A program made the position numbers and the translations under genes. A model generated the notes under the pieces. That model saw only the letters and a program-made list of their open reading frames with translations. It was not told the DNA's origin and searched no databases. From Girardia tigrina (Eukaryota): 64,000 nt of DNA. The stretch covers positions 1 to 64,000 of the forward strand of contig MQRK01226569.1 in the NCBI GenBank assembly GCA_001938485.1, read 5' to 3'. Of the stretch, positions 36,300-50,413 are shown in pieces (position 1 is the stretch's first letter; every line of letters begins with the position of its first letter).

Positions 36300-37860
36300 T
36301 TTGATTTTTTATCGTACCATCATCGAGTTGAATCGGAACAGTGAAAAAAAATCGATATGACATTTTCTTTTTCAGCCATCTTTAACACCATCTGTTGATT
36401 TTCCGTCATTTTATATTTTTTTCAACATGTTCTTCACTTTTTAATAAAACATTGGTGCTTTTATCATCAATATTGTTTACAGTTTTATCTTCTTTTTGTA
36501 ATTCATTACTTTCATCATTGTTTTGTTGATAAGTTTCTTCGTTTTGATCTCTTTTCACCAATGACTCTTTACTAATCTTCATTAAATTTTCGGGTAACTT
36601 TTTTTCTTCTTCGTCATCGATTTGTGATACATTTTCCTTATCTTCATTATCATTATTTATGTTATCCTCCGTAACTTCATCAGTAATTGTAGCATTATTT
36701 TATTTCTTCATCCAGATAATTCTCTGTGCTCTTAATTTCGGGAATTGATTCGGTAGATGGTTTATTTACATTTCCTTCTGTACCTTTATTTTCAATGGCA
36801 GATGTATCCAACTCTATGTTATCCATATCAGTTCTGCTTTCTAATTTTATTTCTTCAAGAGTTTCGACTACACGATCCTCATTTTCCTTTCTTTCTGATT
36901 CCGTTTCTTCGATTTTTTCATCAAAATTTTCTTTTCTTGCTGATTCTATTTCTTCGATGGTCTCATCAGCGTTTTCCATTCTTTCTCCATATTGATTTGC
37001 TCATTTAATTCTTTTGTTCTCGAACTCAAACACTTTATTTGATCTTTCAAATCTTTATTTTCTTTCTCAATTCGTTTCAATTGTTCCTTCTCTCTCTTTA
37101 ACTCATTCAACTCTTTGAAGAACGATCTATTTTCATTTAATAATTCTCTTAATTTATCCTTCAAGCATCCGGCAAGCCGTTAATTTGTTTATAAATTTGA
37201 AGAAATGTTTCTTCATTTATCTTTCTAGTTCGAAGAAGGCTTTTAAGGATCATTGTAGTGCGTTCAACATGCTTTGGATTCTTCTGGTTCAGTAACTGCT
37301 CGATCATTACATCATTCGGCGCTAGTAGCAACGTCTTCCCCACAGCCGTAAAAGTCCTCATGTAGGCCGGAAACGATTTCAGTTGCGATGTGACGATTTA
37401 TGTGAGTCTGATTTTTATTTTAGTCGTTTCCAACTGCGCTTTGAAGAATTTCGTTTGTTCGTTGCATTGAGTTCGTTGGAGTTGGAATTCTGTGAGCGCT
37501 TCTTTGAGACGAGGATCAACTGTGCTTTCTATTGGTTGGTGGATATTGGATTTAATGTCGATCTGTGTAAACAGGTAACCGAAATTGAATTTGGAGTTCG
37601 CTTTAGATCGTCGCTGCATTTCAACTTGCATTCGGGCGTGGTGATTCATGTTCTTAACATTATCCCTCTCCATTTCCAATATCGTTTCACTACATTCGTT
37701 ATTGATTTGCTCTCTCAACCGAGCCTCATTTTTACAATCAAACAGGTGCATACCTTGATGAATGACATAAATATTTGTATTAGTAAATTATTAATAAAAT
37801 TTGACTTTAGTTCTAAAAATTTAATACATGACGACCTAATATGATGATTCATTATCCGTG
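36300..37860 (-). pseudogene. Disrupted long ORF with coiled-coil and acidic low-complexity regions, origin unknown
   Basis: Chain of same-strand ORF fragments (37398-37751, 37161-37361, 36946-37164, 36695-36979), rich in E/K/N. Confidence 0.45.
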
Positions 37861-37978
37861 GAGGATTACAATTTGCAATGTTATGAATTATTTCATTAAT
37901 AATCAGACGATCAAGAACCCAAATATTTCCAAATCGGTTTTGCGATAATGTTATGAATGAAAAATTGATCAGATGGAT

Positions 37979-38447
37979 TGTGAGGAATATTTGGAATGTT
38001 GATGTTTTGTGTGTTGTTTGAATTTTTTTAATGTTTTAATGTTGTGTGTTGAATTGTGATTGTATCTGTCATAATCAGATGGATGATTAAAATTTTAAAT
38101 CATTATTATCTGAAAGTAGTTTATCCAAATTTAGATTTAATATTCAAATTTTTAATTTATTATATATTGTAAATTTTAAATGATTTTATTAATTTTATTT
38201 TTGTAAAGTTGTAAATAATTAAATCGAATTAAAATTTTTAAATGATAATAAAAAGTAATTTTATTTTGACTAATAAAGTTTTAAATAAATATTTTAAATA
38301 AAATATAAAGTTAATTTAGATTTTAAATGGAAATTAATAAACGTTGATTGATGAATTAAAGTGAAAGCAATATTATGGATTGTCATAAAGATGATCCAAA
38401 TTGTGAATGTAATAAATGTTCTGTCAAATTTGTGAGTTCTCTTAACA
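37979..38447 (+). repeat. 5' LTR (469 bp) of a Gypsy element, TGTGAGGA...TCTTAACA family
   Basis: TG...CA termini, immediately followed by PBS-like TGGTGAC and gag/pol remnants. Confidence 0.75.
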
Positions 38448-40430
38448 TGGTGACTTCACACCACGAGACTCCGAATATCAAAGACCAAGAAATATTTGAT
38501 GGATCAGAACACAAATTACAGGAATTCTTGATATGTTTTAACAAATATGCAAAGATTATGGGTTATCAAAAAAGAGGAAAATCCTACTGATAACACCATA
38601 CATGACTCTAGATGCGATTGTGAAGTGCTAGAAAGCACCAGGGAGTACTTGCAAAGAGAAACTGCTACTGAAATTATAAAGTCATAAAATCTATTTGTTA
38701 GACATGTCATGAGGAAGAATATATTCGAAGATAATGTCCAAACGTTAAGAGCAGCTACTGTCAAAGAAGAGGACATCTACGAACACAATGTTATGCAAAC
38801 CCGAATAGGTTTAAAGAACGTGACCAACGGAAATGTGACAATATTAAAATCGTTGCAATGACAGTAGAGATTATTTTAGTCAACGATATAAAAAACGACC
38901 GGCATATATAAGTAGGAAACAACAGTTGGCGGAGTTAGAAGATATGGATGATTAACTAGACATAAGATCGGAAATAACTGATTGAAGAGAAGAGAATACA
39001 GCAAGAGATTATTCTAGAGGTAAAGGAAGATTTAGAAACGAAGATGGGGACGAGAATTCATGATCACAAGGAGAGATAATCAGTACGCTTCATTAGGAAA
39101 TCAATGTAAATGTATGTTTGATTGTATGTATCGATGTGTGTTTGATTTGACGAATGAAAATATTCTTCGAGAGATTTAAGAAATTGAATGTGAACATATT
39201 GAAAATCTAGAGCAGTATAACAGTATGAAAAATAAAGTAAACGATTATAAACTAAATAGTACAGCGTAAATATTGAAGATATCAAAGTTGAAAAATTGAA
39301 AAGGCATATCAGTGTGGATTTTTACGTGAAAGATATAATTTTTTATTTTCTATTGGACAGAGTGAATGTAATAAAAGGATAGATAATTAAAAATGTGAAA
39401 GATAATTAAATCAAAGAAACGAAAAAAACGTATCCATTGCACCAATGACTCAGAAGTGATAAATTATGGAATCATGCAATTGAATGTGGCAATTGATGGA
39501 ACGCAGAACTTAAAAGAGTTTTGTGTGGTCAAAGAATTAGACCTCAAAATAATCACATATATAGATTTCTTGGAGATATTCGGAATAAAACTAAAAATAT
39601 TGATGATTAGAGACAACACACCAGATGAGGACAGACGAAAAAGAATAATGAAAATATACAACAAGTAACTTGATAGGCAAGTAATGAAGATTCTAACAGA
39701 TTATAATTACGTAATCGTCGCCGATAAGTGGGATATTGGGAAAACATAACTGACAAAAAACATATTAGAAATACACGGGGATCCAATACTAGTAAAGTTT
39801 TTTCGGTAACCTAAACACAATAATTTTGAAGAAAATGACATAATCGAAAAGTGTAGTTCGCCATGGATTTTTTCATTAGTATGTGTGTAGAAGAAGGAAA
39901 AACAATATATTCGAATGTATGTAAACCTTTGCCTGTTGAATAGAATTATCGTCAGACCAGCGTTTCCTGTGCCAAATGTCGATGATATACTGAACACACT
40001 GAATACTGCGCAATTTTTCTATACAATTGATCTTGGAAAGGCGTAATATCAACTCAAGTTGGAAGAAAAATCAAAGATTAAAACAGGATTCACAACAAAG
40101 AACGGACAGTATTGTTTTAAAAGAATGCCTTTCGGGATAGCAGCAGCCCCAGCAACTTTCCAAGAGCTAATGGTCAAAGTCCTAGGAGATTTGAACTGGA
40201 TAAAACTGCATAAAACATGTACTGGAAAAAATAAAGGAAGCAGGTTTAAGAATTAACTCAGAAAAGTGCCAATTTTTACCAGAAAGAACAAAAATTTAAG
40301 GATATATTGTCAGCAAAAATGGTATAGACACTGATCAAACAAAGATAAAAAATTTCCGAACCCATAATGTAATAAACTTTTGATATGTTTCTTGGGTCAG
40401 ACAAATTACTACGGAAAATTTTGGCATTGT
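38448..40430 (+). mobile_element. Heavily decayed Ty3/Gypsy internal region
   Basis: FDGS gag-like motif, SSPW, FPVPNVDDIL, KTGFTTKNGQYCFKRMPFGIAAAPATFQ. Confidence 0.85.
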
Positions 40431-40706
40431 CCTTTGAAAAGATTTTAACTTCTCTAAAGAAAATATATCATTACAAAAATATTTCAAGATTTATTCTTCT
40501 GTTTTTTGAGTATCAAAAAATCAAAAAAGATTGAAGATTATGTGTAATCAAGTTTTAAATGTGTTTAAATACCAAATCTTCATTTTTTATATTTAAATCT
40601 TTAATGTTTAAATATAAAAATAATTTCGGTTTCAAAACATAATGAAAACTGTTCAAATTTTCATAAGGAAAATTAATAATTATAATTAATATTAAGAAAC
40701 ACTCAC

Positions 40707-40925
40707 TTTAGCTTGGTATGGATAATCTTTTTCAGATTGTATTCCTCCAGCCATTCTTATATATTGAAAAGCGACTGTCATGTAACCACCCTGGCAGCCG
40801 GAGTTTTCCTTTGCACAATCAACTAGTTGTTGCTCTGATAAACTTATTAATGTCTTTGTTTTTTTAAAATATTGTCCTTCAACACTCCCGGTAGTAGAAA
40901 ATGCCCAACATGATCCACATTGACC
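40707..40925 (-). CDS. ctsl: Cathepsin L paralog C, exon 2 (catalytic Cys)
   Basis: tttag|[18 protein letters not shown]...LSEQQLVDC...GCQGG...YPYQAK|gtgagt; 219 nt. Confidence 0.93.
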
Positions 40926-40984
40926 CTAAAGGTATAAATACAAATTAAGAGAGTATAAGTCATTTGTTATTCCTACTGCAACAT

Positions 40985-42020
40985 AGAGGGGACTAAAAAA
41001 CCGCGCTTTTTTCGATAAATGTATTTCTATTGGAATTATTGATTTACAGGTACAAGTAAATTTTAATATAAATATATTATATATAAATTTTTTTGTGATG
41101 GTTGAACGTCTGTTTTTGATGAAAAAGGTTCAGGTAGGTCACGTGAAATTGGCGAAGAAATAGCGAAAAAACTCAAGAAAATCATGCAGTGTGAGCGACG
41201 AATCACCACCAGAGAACTGACAATGCGATTAAATGTCAGCACAAGTTCCATACAATCACTGCTTGCGAAAACTGGCATTAGAAAATTGTGTTCACACTTC
41301 GTGCCACGGTTTATAACAGCAGACATGAAGGATCGACGATTGATGTGCTGCCAGGAAAACGTAAACCTCTATGAACGTATTGGAGACCTCTTCTTACAGA
41401 ATATTATGACAGTGGATGAAACACTACTTGCCCTTTATGTCCCAGAATCAAGACATGAGTCTCAAGAGTGGAAGCTGCCAGGGGAAGGGTGTTCGAAGGT
41501 GTACGATCATCAACCTCTGACAAAAAAGCCATCATACTCACCACTTTTTGGGATGCAAATGGAATGATCCTCGCAGATTTTGCGGAAGCTGTAGTTCGTA
41601 TCAACAGTGAATACTACTCTCGACTCGTGCTACAGGCCAGAAAGCTGAGAAGGAAGAGCAGAGTTTGTGAGTTATATTATTTGCACGACAATGCACCCAT
41701 CTACACAACTGGGCTGTCAATGTCATCAATTGAGGGTTGTGATCTCACCCTGCTCTCCCACCCGCCATACAGTCTGGATCAGGCGCCATCCGATTATCAT
41801 CTCTTCAACCACCTCAAGCGAGCTCTCAGGGGTCAATATTTTGCTACGAAAGAAGACTTGAAGGAGGCAATCTCAAATTTCTTGGCTCAACAGTCTCCGA
41901 AATTCTTCGAAAAAGCCTTTCTGGACCTTGTTGTGCGCTGGAAAAAATGTGTTGGTGTGAATGGAGATTTCTTTGAGAAATGATACCTTTATAACTTGCT
42001 TGTTATGAAAAATAAATTTC
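40985..42020 (+). mobile_element. mariner transposon remnant in intron 1 of cathepsin paralog C
   Basis: FVPRF, TVDET, LHDNAP, HPPYSLDQAPSDYHLF; one frameshift. Confidence 0.9.
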
Positions 42021-43633
42021 ATTGGAATCGGATTATTATTTTTATGTTAGGCTCACTACTTATTGAGCGCACGACGTAATTTGACGTCGTGAAAATCTTA
42101 CCATAATGCATAGCAACGCTCAACCTCATAAAACCAATTTTACAAAGACTTTCTAGGAGCAAAATGCAATAATACAAAAAATAAGTGTTCCACAAACATC
42201 CTTCTTTCATGACATGAACCTGATGATCAACTATGTATTTATGATTTTGGAATCTAAGAAGAAAGAACAAAAGTTTAATTCCGTAGAACAATGGAAAAAT
42301 TTCTTAACTGAGTATAGTAATCAATTAAGTTTAATTTAATTTAAATAATTAATAATTTCATTAGTGTAAAAATTGATGTGTGATACCTTCCAAATTGCAA
42401 ATGAGAGAGGGCATTAATTTGTTGTGAAATTCGTTGAAGAGTGTGAACAATGAAATTTTTTTGATATTTGTTCTTTTCCGATGAAAAAGTATAAATATTT
42501 TGTATCTAGTCGTTATTATGATTATAATCATAATAACGACTAGATACAAAATAAATACTAGATACTAGATAAATCATGTCTTTATACAGNNNNNNNNNNN
42601 NNNNNNNNNNNNNNNNNNNNNNNNNNNNNNNNNNNNNNNNNNNNNNNNNNNNNNNNNNNNNNNNNNNNNNNNNNNNNNNNNNNNNNNNNNNNNNNNNNNN
42701 NNNNNNNNNNNNNNNNNNNNNNNNNNNNNNNNNNNNNNNNNNNNNNNNNNNNNNNNNNNNNNNNNNNNNNNNNNNNNNNNNNNNNNNNNNNNNNNNNNNN
42801 NNNNNNNNNNNNNNNNNNNNNNNNNNNNNNNNAAAATTATTATTTTTATTGTGTATGAAGGAAAGTTATTTTAAAAAGATTAATTAATTATTTTACTGTT
42901 AAGTATTTAAAGAATGGAAATTAATTGTTTTGTTTATATGAAATAAAATTGTTTTTTTGAGCGCTATTAGTTTCTTTTGAATTGAATTCACAGAGTCCAT
43001 TAATTTTTGGTCATAAAAGAAGATTTCGAAAATTATTTATTTCCCTTATATTAAACTGAGTTCTTGACTGAGCAAATCCGTTGAAAGCAAGGCAGTGATA
43101 TTTAAAATAATTCAATAAATGAATAATAAAATTATCAAGCAAAGTATTGGAGTAATAACTTTAAAACATTAAAATATTTAAAACATATTCATAAATCAGT
43201 TTTTAAAACTATAATTATATTTCATAAAAAACGTAATTTCAAAGTTATTAAAAATTTATTATAAAAGTAAAAGAGTATAATTTTTTAAAAAAAATTATAT
43301 GATTTTTAATACATAACACTTTTTTAGAAAATGTATAAGAATATTAAATAAAAATATTAAAACTGATGTAAAAAATCTGTTTAAATTGTGTTATAAATAA
43401 AAATATGTATTTGGATTAAACGAAGATTATATAAACACAACAAACATGGATTCAAGACACAATGTCGATCGAATCTACCCTTAACTATTTCACATTTTTA
43501 AATAAAAATAAAAAAATATCATTAACTGTATATAATTAATAGGGGTACAGGACAACTTGGCTATGTACAACTTTGAGCTGTCCGCTGCCGGGTCGTCAGT
43601 TATTCAATTAAAAGATAGAAACAAATTATATAC

Positions 43634-44041
43634 CTGATCCTTTACATCTGTAACGTAACCCTTCTTTCTCCAATCTACACTTTTCGGTAAATTAAATGAA
43701 GTATTGAAAGTCGAAAAGGTCTTCGAATGTTTCTTGTGAGGAAAAGTTACGGGAAGATAAAGTAGTTTAAATTCTTCATGAGTCAAATCAGCAAACTGAT
43801 TAATTCCTAATGAATACTTGTGATGTCCAAGATCAAACTTTATATTATGCTTTTGAATAAATTGTATATTATCCTCCCAAATTCTTCGACGATCTAGCTC
43901 ATGGTATACATCTTCGTACGATTTGTTATACTTATTAACAAACATTAGCCATTCATCATTTAATAATATATTGAGACTCTTTGTGGATTGAGACAAGAGA
44001 ATGTTTGCAAGTAACCATAATAAATAACTAGAAAAATTCAT
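43634..44041 (-). CDS. ctsl: Cathepsin L paralog C, exon 1
   Basis: Signal peptide, ELDRRRIWEDNIQFIQKHN (ERFNIN), GINQFAD, LPKSVDWRKKGYVTDVKDQ|gt. The five exons sum to 999 nt (332 aa plus stop) in frame. Confidence 0.93.
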
Positions 44042-44639
44042 TTTGAAAAGTGATAATAAATATCCGGTCGATTATTTATAAATAATGAACACAGACCTTT
44101 TCAAAGATAGCATACAAAAGAATACAAAAAAGAATACAAAAGAATATTGATTTTGTTTCTGACCTACTACAATGTGTTCAAAAGTTGTTTATGGCCATTG
44201 AAATTCAAAGACCGACCTTTGCCTGACTCATTAAATTGAGCACAAACTTAATTAAAAACGTTTACTAATTCATCTCTAACTGGAAATACATAAGTTCAAT
44301 TGAACGCAAACTTGCATTAGAAAACTCTTTTACAACATATTTTTATCTAAAACAGTTTTTTTTCAATTTAAGAATAAGGGATACAAATGAAATACAACAA
44401 AAAAAATGAATAAACTAAATAAAATAACTGACGATATTTTTGTAAATGTTATTCTTAAATCTTCTAAATACTTTTGAATAAAGAATTTATAATTTTTCAA
44501 TGCACTCTAATTTATCTTCCATCTTGATCTCGTGAGTGACGCTTTGTTCAACATTATCATAATATTAGTCTCTATTTTTTATTCATAAATTATTAAAAGA
44601 AAATCATTCGTACAAATTTAATTCTTATGGGGACAAAAA

Positions 44640-45013
44640 AGAGAAACACCAAGTGAACCAATTTCAAACATTCAGTTCAAAATCTCAGAAGCGAAGAGCT
44701 GACGTCTCGGTAGGAGGCTTTACGGGGCTAAAAGACACTTAAGTTTGAATGAACAATCTTAATAACATGAAGCTGAATACCATACTTGAGATGACAGACC
44801 AAAATTAGAGAGACATATCGTTATTTCAAAACAAAGATTTCTGAAAAATCACCGTCTATTAATACGAGCTATGTTCTTGATCACTGCAAATGTTTCAAAG
44901 ATAGAACCTCGTCAATTTCAAAGGACAAGTTCTTTATTCTTCCGACGAATTTCGATTCACATTGCGAGATGTCGCATTATGAATCATCACTGATCAGACA
45001 CTTTAACCCCTTT
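44640..45013 (+). mobile_element. Degraded Penelope-like GIY-YIG remnant
   Basis: SYVLDH...YESSLIRHFNP motif remnants. Confidence 0.5.
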
Positions 45014-45018
45014 ATTAA

Positions 45019-45046
45019 AGTAAGAACGCAATCAAAATCCATCAAA

Positions 45047-45096
<50 letters not shown>

Positions 45097-45246
45097 NNNN
45101 NNNNNNNNNNNNNNNNNNNNNNNNNNNNNNNNNNNNNNNNNNNNNNATATATATATATATATATATATTTAAATTCTATCACCAATTATCAAATATTAAA
45201 ACAACAACAATAATTGACTATTAAAATAACATTCAATTATCCAACT
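45019..45246 (-). repeat. Solo LTR of Gypsy element B family, with an internal expanded (TA)n tract
   Basis: Matches 6832-6948; flanked by 5-bp TSD ATTAA/ATTAA. Confidence 0.8.
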
Positions 45247-45599
45247 ATTAATATCCAAATAGGAAAAGTAACGCAGACTAAATATTAAATATTTTCAATA
45301 CATAGAGCAATTTTGAGAAATAGTTCATTGTCTTTGTAATATTTTTGTAATATTTGTAAAAGATTATATTTGGATGAATTGAATTCATGTAATCTAGAAA
45401 AGGAAACACATGTTCTCGAGATTATAAGACTAGAAAGATATCCACATATCTCTTATAAAGTAGTGGTTTTTTCCCCAAAAACAATTCTATTTTTTTTCAA
45501 TGGAAGAAAGAAATATAGAGAAAAAGAAATATATATATGTAATCTTTACAGTAGAACAGTAAATAAACAGAAAATTACCATTCCTTTATTTGTTAATTT

Positions 45600-46490
45600 A
45601 AAGGGAAAATGATAATTATGAAACTGAAATAAGAAAACTGATACTGGTACACCTACATAAACAGTTTTTGTGAGTTTAAATATAAAATGAATATGATCAA
45701 AGGTTTGTTATACCGTTCTTGGTCTCTTTCTTCAACGTTTTCAAAATCTATTAAAATTATTGATACATTGAGCAAGTTATTGAATAATAACGGTTACTCT
45801 AAGTTCATCATAGACAGACTCACTCATGAGACTGTAGATAAAATAATCGAAAAAGAAAAAATCAAAAATGAACAAATTAATAGTTTAAACATTGAAAACT
45901 GCTTTACATCTGGGTATACTCTAAGTTTACCTTACTCCAAGGGTTTTAAAAATCTCAAGAATTCGATCTTGAAATCAACAAATAACATTTTAAATTTAAA
46001 AATTATTTCTCAATCATTTAAAGTTGAGAATATGTTTTGAAATAAATCACATACTCCTTTAGGATTGTGTTCGGACATTGTTTATCAATACACATGTAAT
46101 GGTTGCAATGCCACGTACATCGGAGAGACTGCCCGTCATCTCTGCAAACGAGTCCAAGAACACAGTCAAAAAGGTGGAAAGAGTAATATTGCTCAGCATA
46201 AAAAAACGTGTAAATGTAATGTGAACATAAATGATTTTAAGATTTTGTGCAAGTATTTTAAAAATTATTGGGATAGAGTGTCATGTGAAGCATTGTTCAT
46301 AAGATCATGTGATCCAAAAATCAATGTTCAAACAGCACTCTCAACTAATTTGTTAAGAGTTTTCGATTAGACTTACGTAAGTGATTGCACAATCATTCAT
46401 TTCTTATATAAAAGCAATAAAAAAGAACATAATCAGTGATCTGATGATGACGGTTTAACTGTCGAAATATATTATCCTAAAATATATTTT
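45600..46490 (+). mobile_element. Penelope-like element 3' portion (RT thumb, linker, GIY-YIG endonuclease, pLTR)
   Basis: RKTDTG, MIKGLLYRSW...NNGYS, LPY, VYQYTCNGCNATYIGETARHLCKRVQEH, EALFI...PKINVQ. Confidence 0.92.
46438..46476 (+). ncRNA. Minimal type I hammerhead ribozyme with an intact core
   Basis: GAU-CUGAUGA-U-GACGG-uuuaa-CUGUC-GAAA-UAUA-UU-AUC, about 70 nt after the PLE stop codon. Confidence 0.8.
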
Positions 46491-47399
46491 TAAATGGCGT
46501 TTATTTGTTTATAATAAAAAATTGCCATCTTTTTTCAAGTTTATTTCTAAAAATTACTTGAATATTTCATTTTCTTTTAAATATTATTTGAAATTTTGAT
46601 TTTTTTCTGAATTTTACCCAAGTTTTTCATTTTCATAGCGCTATTATGTCGACGCTATTTTGTCGGGTCACCAGTTTTTATGGTAAAAACTCAATTAAGA
46701 TTCCATGTTTTTTCAAAAAATTTCATAAATCCCCAACCAATTGTCGCACCGACGAATTGTGTCCCGACAAATTTTTCCCGACCAATTGACGTGGACCCAT
46801 CCGTCATAGGGATAATATAAATGTGTTAATATTTCTTAAGTTGTTTTAAAAAAGGAAAATATGAAAAAACTGTGACCTTGGTATATTTAAAAAGGTTAGT
46901 TTTCGTTGCGATATGTTTTAAAAGTAAATAATTTTATGTGTGTTTAAAAGTTGTGAAATCTATAAATCGTTAATTTCTTATGGTTTCGGCAGACAAAAAA
47001 AATAAATTTGAGCCTGTTCCACACACTTATAAATTTTTTTTCAGTGATTGGAAAAAGACTCTTAAAAGAAGGATCGATGGATCAACAAATATACATTTGA
47101 AACTGCTGGAACATTTCAAACATTTCAAATTTGATGAGATCAACTGCGATGTCTATGAAAATAGAGATGGAGAGAGTCCAGTTCTCCTCCTGACTTGGTA
47201 TTTGTCTCGGTAAGATATTCCCCACAGTTGTTCTTAACCGACACAAAGCTCCACACCAACTCCGGACTTTTGCAACCGCTCTGCGCTCGCTTTGCTAACC
47301 CCAGAGTCAGCTTTGAAATACATGATGTATTACATTTTATCATTAATGAACAAAACTCGGAAAATCTCAGATTATAAGAACAACGAATTCAAAGAGCTT

Positions 47400-48310
47400 G
47401 AAAATAAGAAAAAGGTAATTAGAAAAAAAATCAAAATGGCTCTATGAGAAGTGTGTAATTATCGAACAACTTAGAGAAAGTAACATGATTAAAATTTTGA
47501 GAATATCGAAGAAAGTACTGGAAAAATAATTTACAATGCTTCGATCAAGAAATGATGATACCCACGTGGAAAAGGCGAAAAAATAGAAATGTGGACTGAA
47601 TAAGTCAGTGAGATTTTTTATGATTCTTTTTACGAAAAACTTTCGATTAAAAGATAAAAAGAAGGATCAAAGATTTTTAGATTTGAGGTTGTGAGGCTCT
47701 TAAAAAGAGGAAATCAATAACGCATTAAATCCAGCCAAAGTGTTTGATAGCTTGACGCATAAAAAAACTAAGGAAAATTTAAGAGAATCAAGATCTAGAT
47801 GGAAAGGATCTTAGAATATTAACCAATCTTTAATAAAGGATTTTATTAGCTAAATATATATATACTGCAAAATTCAAAATCTCCTCATAAGTAGTAAAAA
47901 CATAACTACAATAAAGGTAAGACTTCTAGAATGTTACATTTACCATGTTCTTTTATATGCCTCAAAATTTTTCTCTATCTCACAAGAAATAAAGAAGAGA
48001 ATTGATGAAACTAAGATTTAGTTCTTACGCAAAAGGATGAAGATAAGTTGGATCACTCATATTTCTAATGAAGATATATTGACATGCTTTAGCTATCAAA
48101 AAAGAGAAGAACGATTAAAAAATGTAACAACCACTGGAAAAATTGCTTGTAGGAGAGATGACAGTAGACGGTGACTAACATATTTTAAAAGTTTATACCT
48201 CATATTAAATGTTTCAACTGTGAAAGTATTTCAGAATACAAGAAATCGTTTGTTGTGGAGTCCAATGGGAGCCAATGTCCTGCAGCAATAGTGCACCACA
48301 AAACTAAGAA
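47400..48310 (+). mobile_element. Highly decayed RTE-like LINE, 3' part
   Basis: IKVRLLECYIYHVLLYA, RISW...ISNEDIL and TGKI motif remnants. Confidence 0.6.
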
Positions 48311-48989
48311 GTTATGTAGAATTTTTTAGACCTGTTGTTCCAATATTAGTAAGCCCGTAGTTCAACAGTTCAGACAATAGTAACATTTTACAAGTCAGAA
48401 ATTTAACAGCAAATTATGAATAAAGTTAATCAGTTCTAAGATTGTTAAATATGACATGATTAAAACCTTCATTCAAGTTGAGATGTAGTACAAGTTTGCT
48501 CAAATCGATTTTTATCTCTTTTATAATAAATTTTTCATGCAATTTTCTTTTTTGTCTAAACTTTTTATAGGTCTTACTTATTTCCTTACTTACTCATTAC
48601 TTTCCTCAGTCAAAAAAGATTTTCATACATTTGAAGGTCTTTGATATATTTGAAGTTTGCCACATATGAAGAATAAACAATTTCATATGCTTCTTACAGC
48701 TGTCTGAATTTTCGTCCCATAAATCTGTCTGAAAAAAAGAAGCTTGATAAAACGCAACTCATGTAATCCTGTTAGACAAAAAAAGATATTTTGTGTAATA
48801 TCTTTAACTGTGCACTCACTGAGGACTTGCATGTTTCATATCATAACATTATATATTGCATCTAGTGTTTCTTCTCGAGAAAATTTCAATGTAAAAATTT
48901 TGTTTTCTCGAGAAATATCAAGATTTCTCGAGAAAAACAATGTTTAAAATATATTAAACAAACATAACACCATTTTAATTTTAAATTTT

Positions 48990-49320
48990 TATTGGAAAAC
49001 ATGTTTCGCCACTTTTGTGGCATATACAATTCTGTATTCAATTAGCAAGTTATTGTTTATATAGAAAGATGACCATTACGTCACAGTGTGTTACGTCAAA
49101 ATACTCTAATATGATTGAACGAATCACTTGGAACATTTAGACTAGGTTTATAAAAATGTATCAAGATTGCTTCAGTAAATGTCCTTTCATAATTGTGATC
49201 AAAGTTACTAATCAAAACCCGAAAATCATTATCAAACACCTTCCTTTGAGTTCCATGACATTTCACTATGTGGTCCAAAATTGAACTTTTTCTACTTGAT
49301 TTTTCTACAAAAAACAATTT
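48990..49320 (-). mobile_element. Penelope-like GIY-YIG 3' fragment with a degenerate hammerhead (48995-49032)
   Basis: SSILDH...EAILIHFYKPSLNV; downstream gccac-aaaa-gtggc-GAAA-CATG-TT with a decayed CUGAUGA. Confidence 0.75.
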
Positions 49321-49629
49321 CATTAATCCTATCTATTCAACATTTTCATTACATTCCCTGATTCAAGAAAAGTCAATAATGACTGTAGATTCTGTGACTA
49401 AAAAGGGTGACGGAAGTCCAAATCCTTGATTAAGTTTCACAGAAGTAGAGAAAATTATATCCATGAAAGGTCAAGTAGTTATTGATTTCGCGTCTCAAAT
49501 AACAATGTTTAGCCACAGTGAAGGACCCCTGAAAACAAACATTGACATTATGAACGCTACAAACCAAATGATTCGTGAATTAGTTAAATCAAATTCAAGG
49601 CATTTACATTTTCATGTAGATTTCTCGAT

Positions 49630-50413
49630 AACCGACTGATGGCTTGCGCCTCTGCCTTCGCTTCGTCACGGTGAAGAGTTACACTCTCCTACAGGGAGAA
49701 ACTAGGGGTTTTTGACTGCGTGTGCTATTTTAACTATCGGATGAACAACACTACAGTCCGCGCGGTTCTGCAAACTAATCACAAAAATACAAAGATCGAC
49801 GCCATAAAAATTCAAATATTTGAGCTCAAACGCATTTCAATGCATGATCTGCGACCCTAAAAATGAGATTCGAAATACTTTGTCGAATCAACAAAACGAG
49901 GCAATACTCGCATTAGAGAATGTTGGCAAAAAAAGAGATGGGAATTTCTTTTGAAAACAATCTTTTAATTTCAACTATTCGTGTTTCTGTTGAAGCAAAA
50001 GTGTATCCCGATGTCAATTTCCGGGTTGATCTACAATGTCCTTGCGATAATTTGAATCCGATCGGAGAATTAGACGCGAAAATAAATTGCGATAAAAAGT
50101 GCCAATGGAATGTGAGAGACAAAATGAATTCGGATGAGATTCTCGCAGCTGAAAACCCGGCGAATGTTGGATTTCTAGGCGCGTACAACATCACGTCGTT
50201 GCTTCTGGAGCGACCGCAGGAAATCACCAAGAGAATATCGATAGAAGACATGGCGAATAAGACGAGTCAAATGAGCAGCGAGGGAGACGACCGTCGCAGG
50301 TCAGAGTTGGGTACTGGTGAGACTGAGTTGCGTTTCCTTCCCCCTGTCACAAGATCAATAATTCCCTAACCCAGGGACCCCGCACCCTTGCTGCGCCAGC
50401 ACTCATATCAACA
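49630..50413 (-). repeat. GC-richer LTR-like or unknown repeat fragment
   Basis: Minus strand starts TGTTGATATGAG; the end region is homologous to 26077-26166. Confidence 0.35.

Noticed and set aside
49913-50369. Overlapping 112-149-aa ORFs as a possible host gene
   Set aside because: No recognisable domain or splice structure, and the region ends in a repeat shared with 26077-26166.
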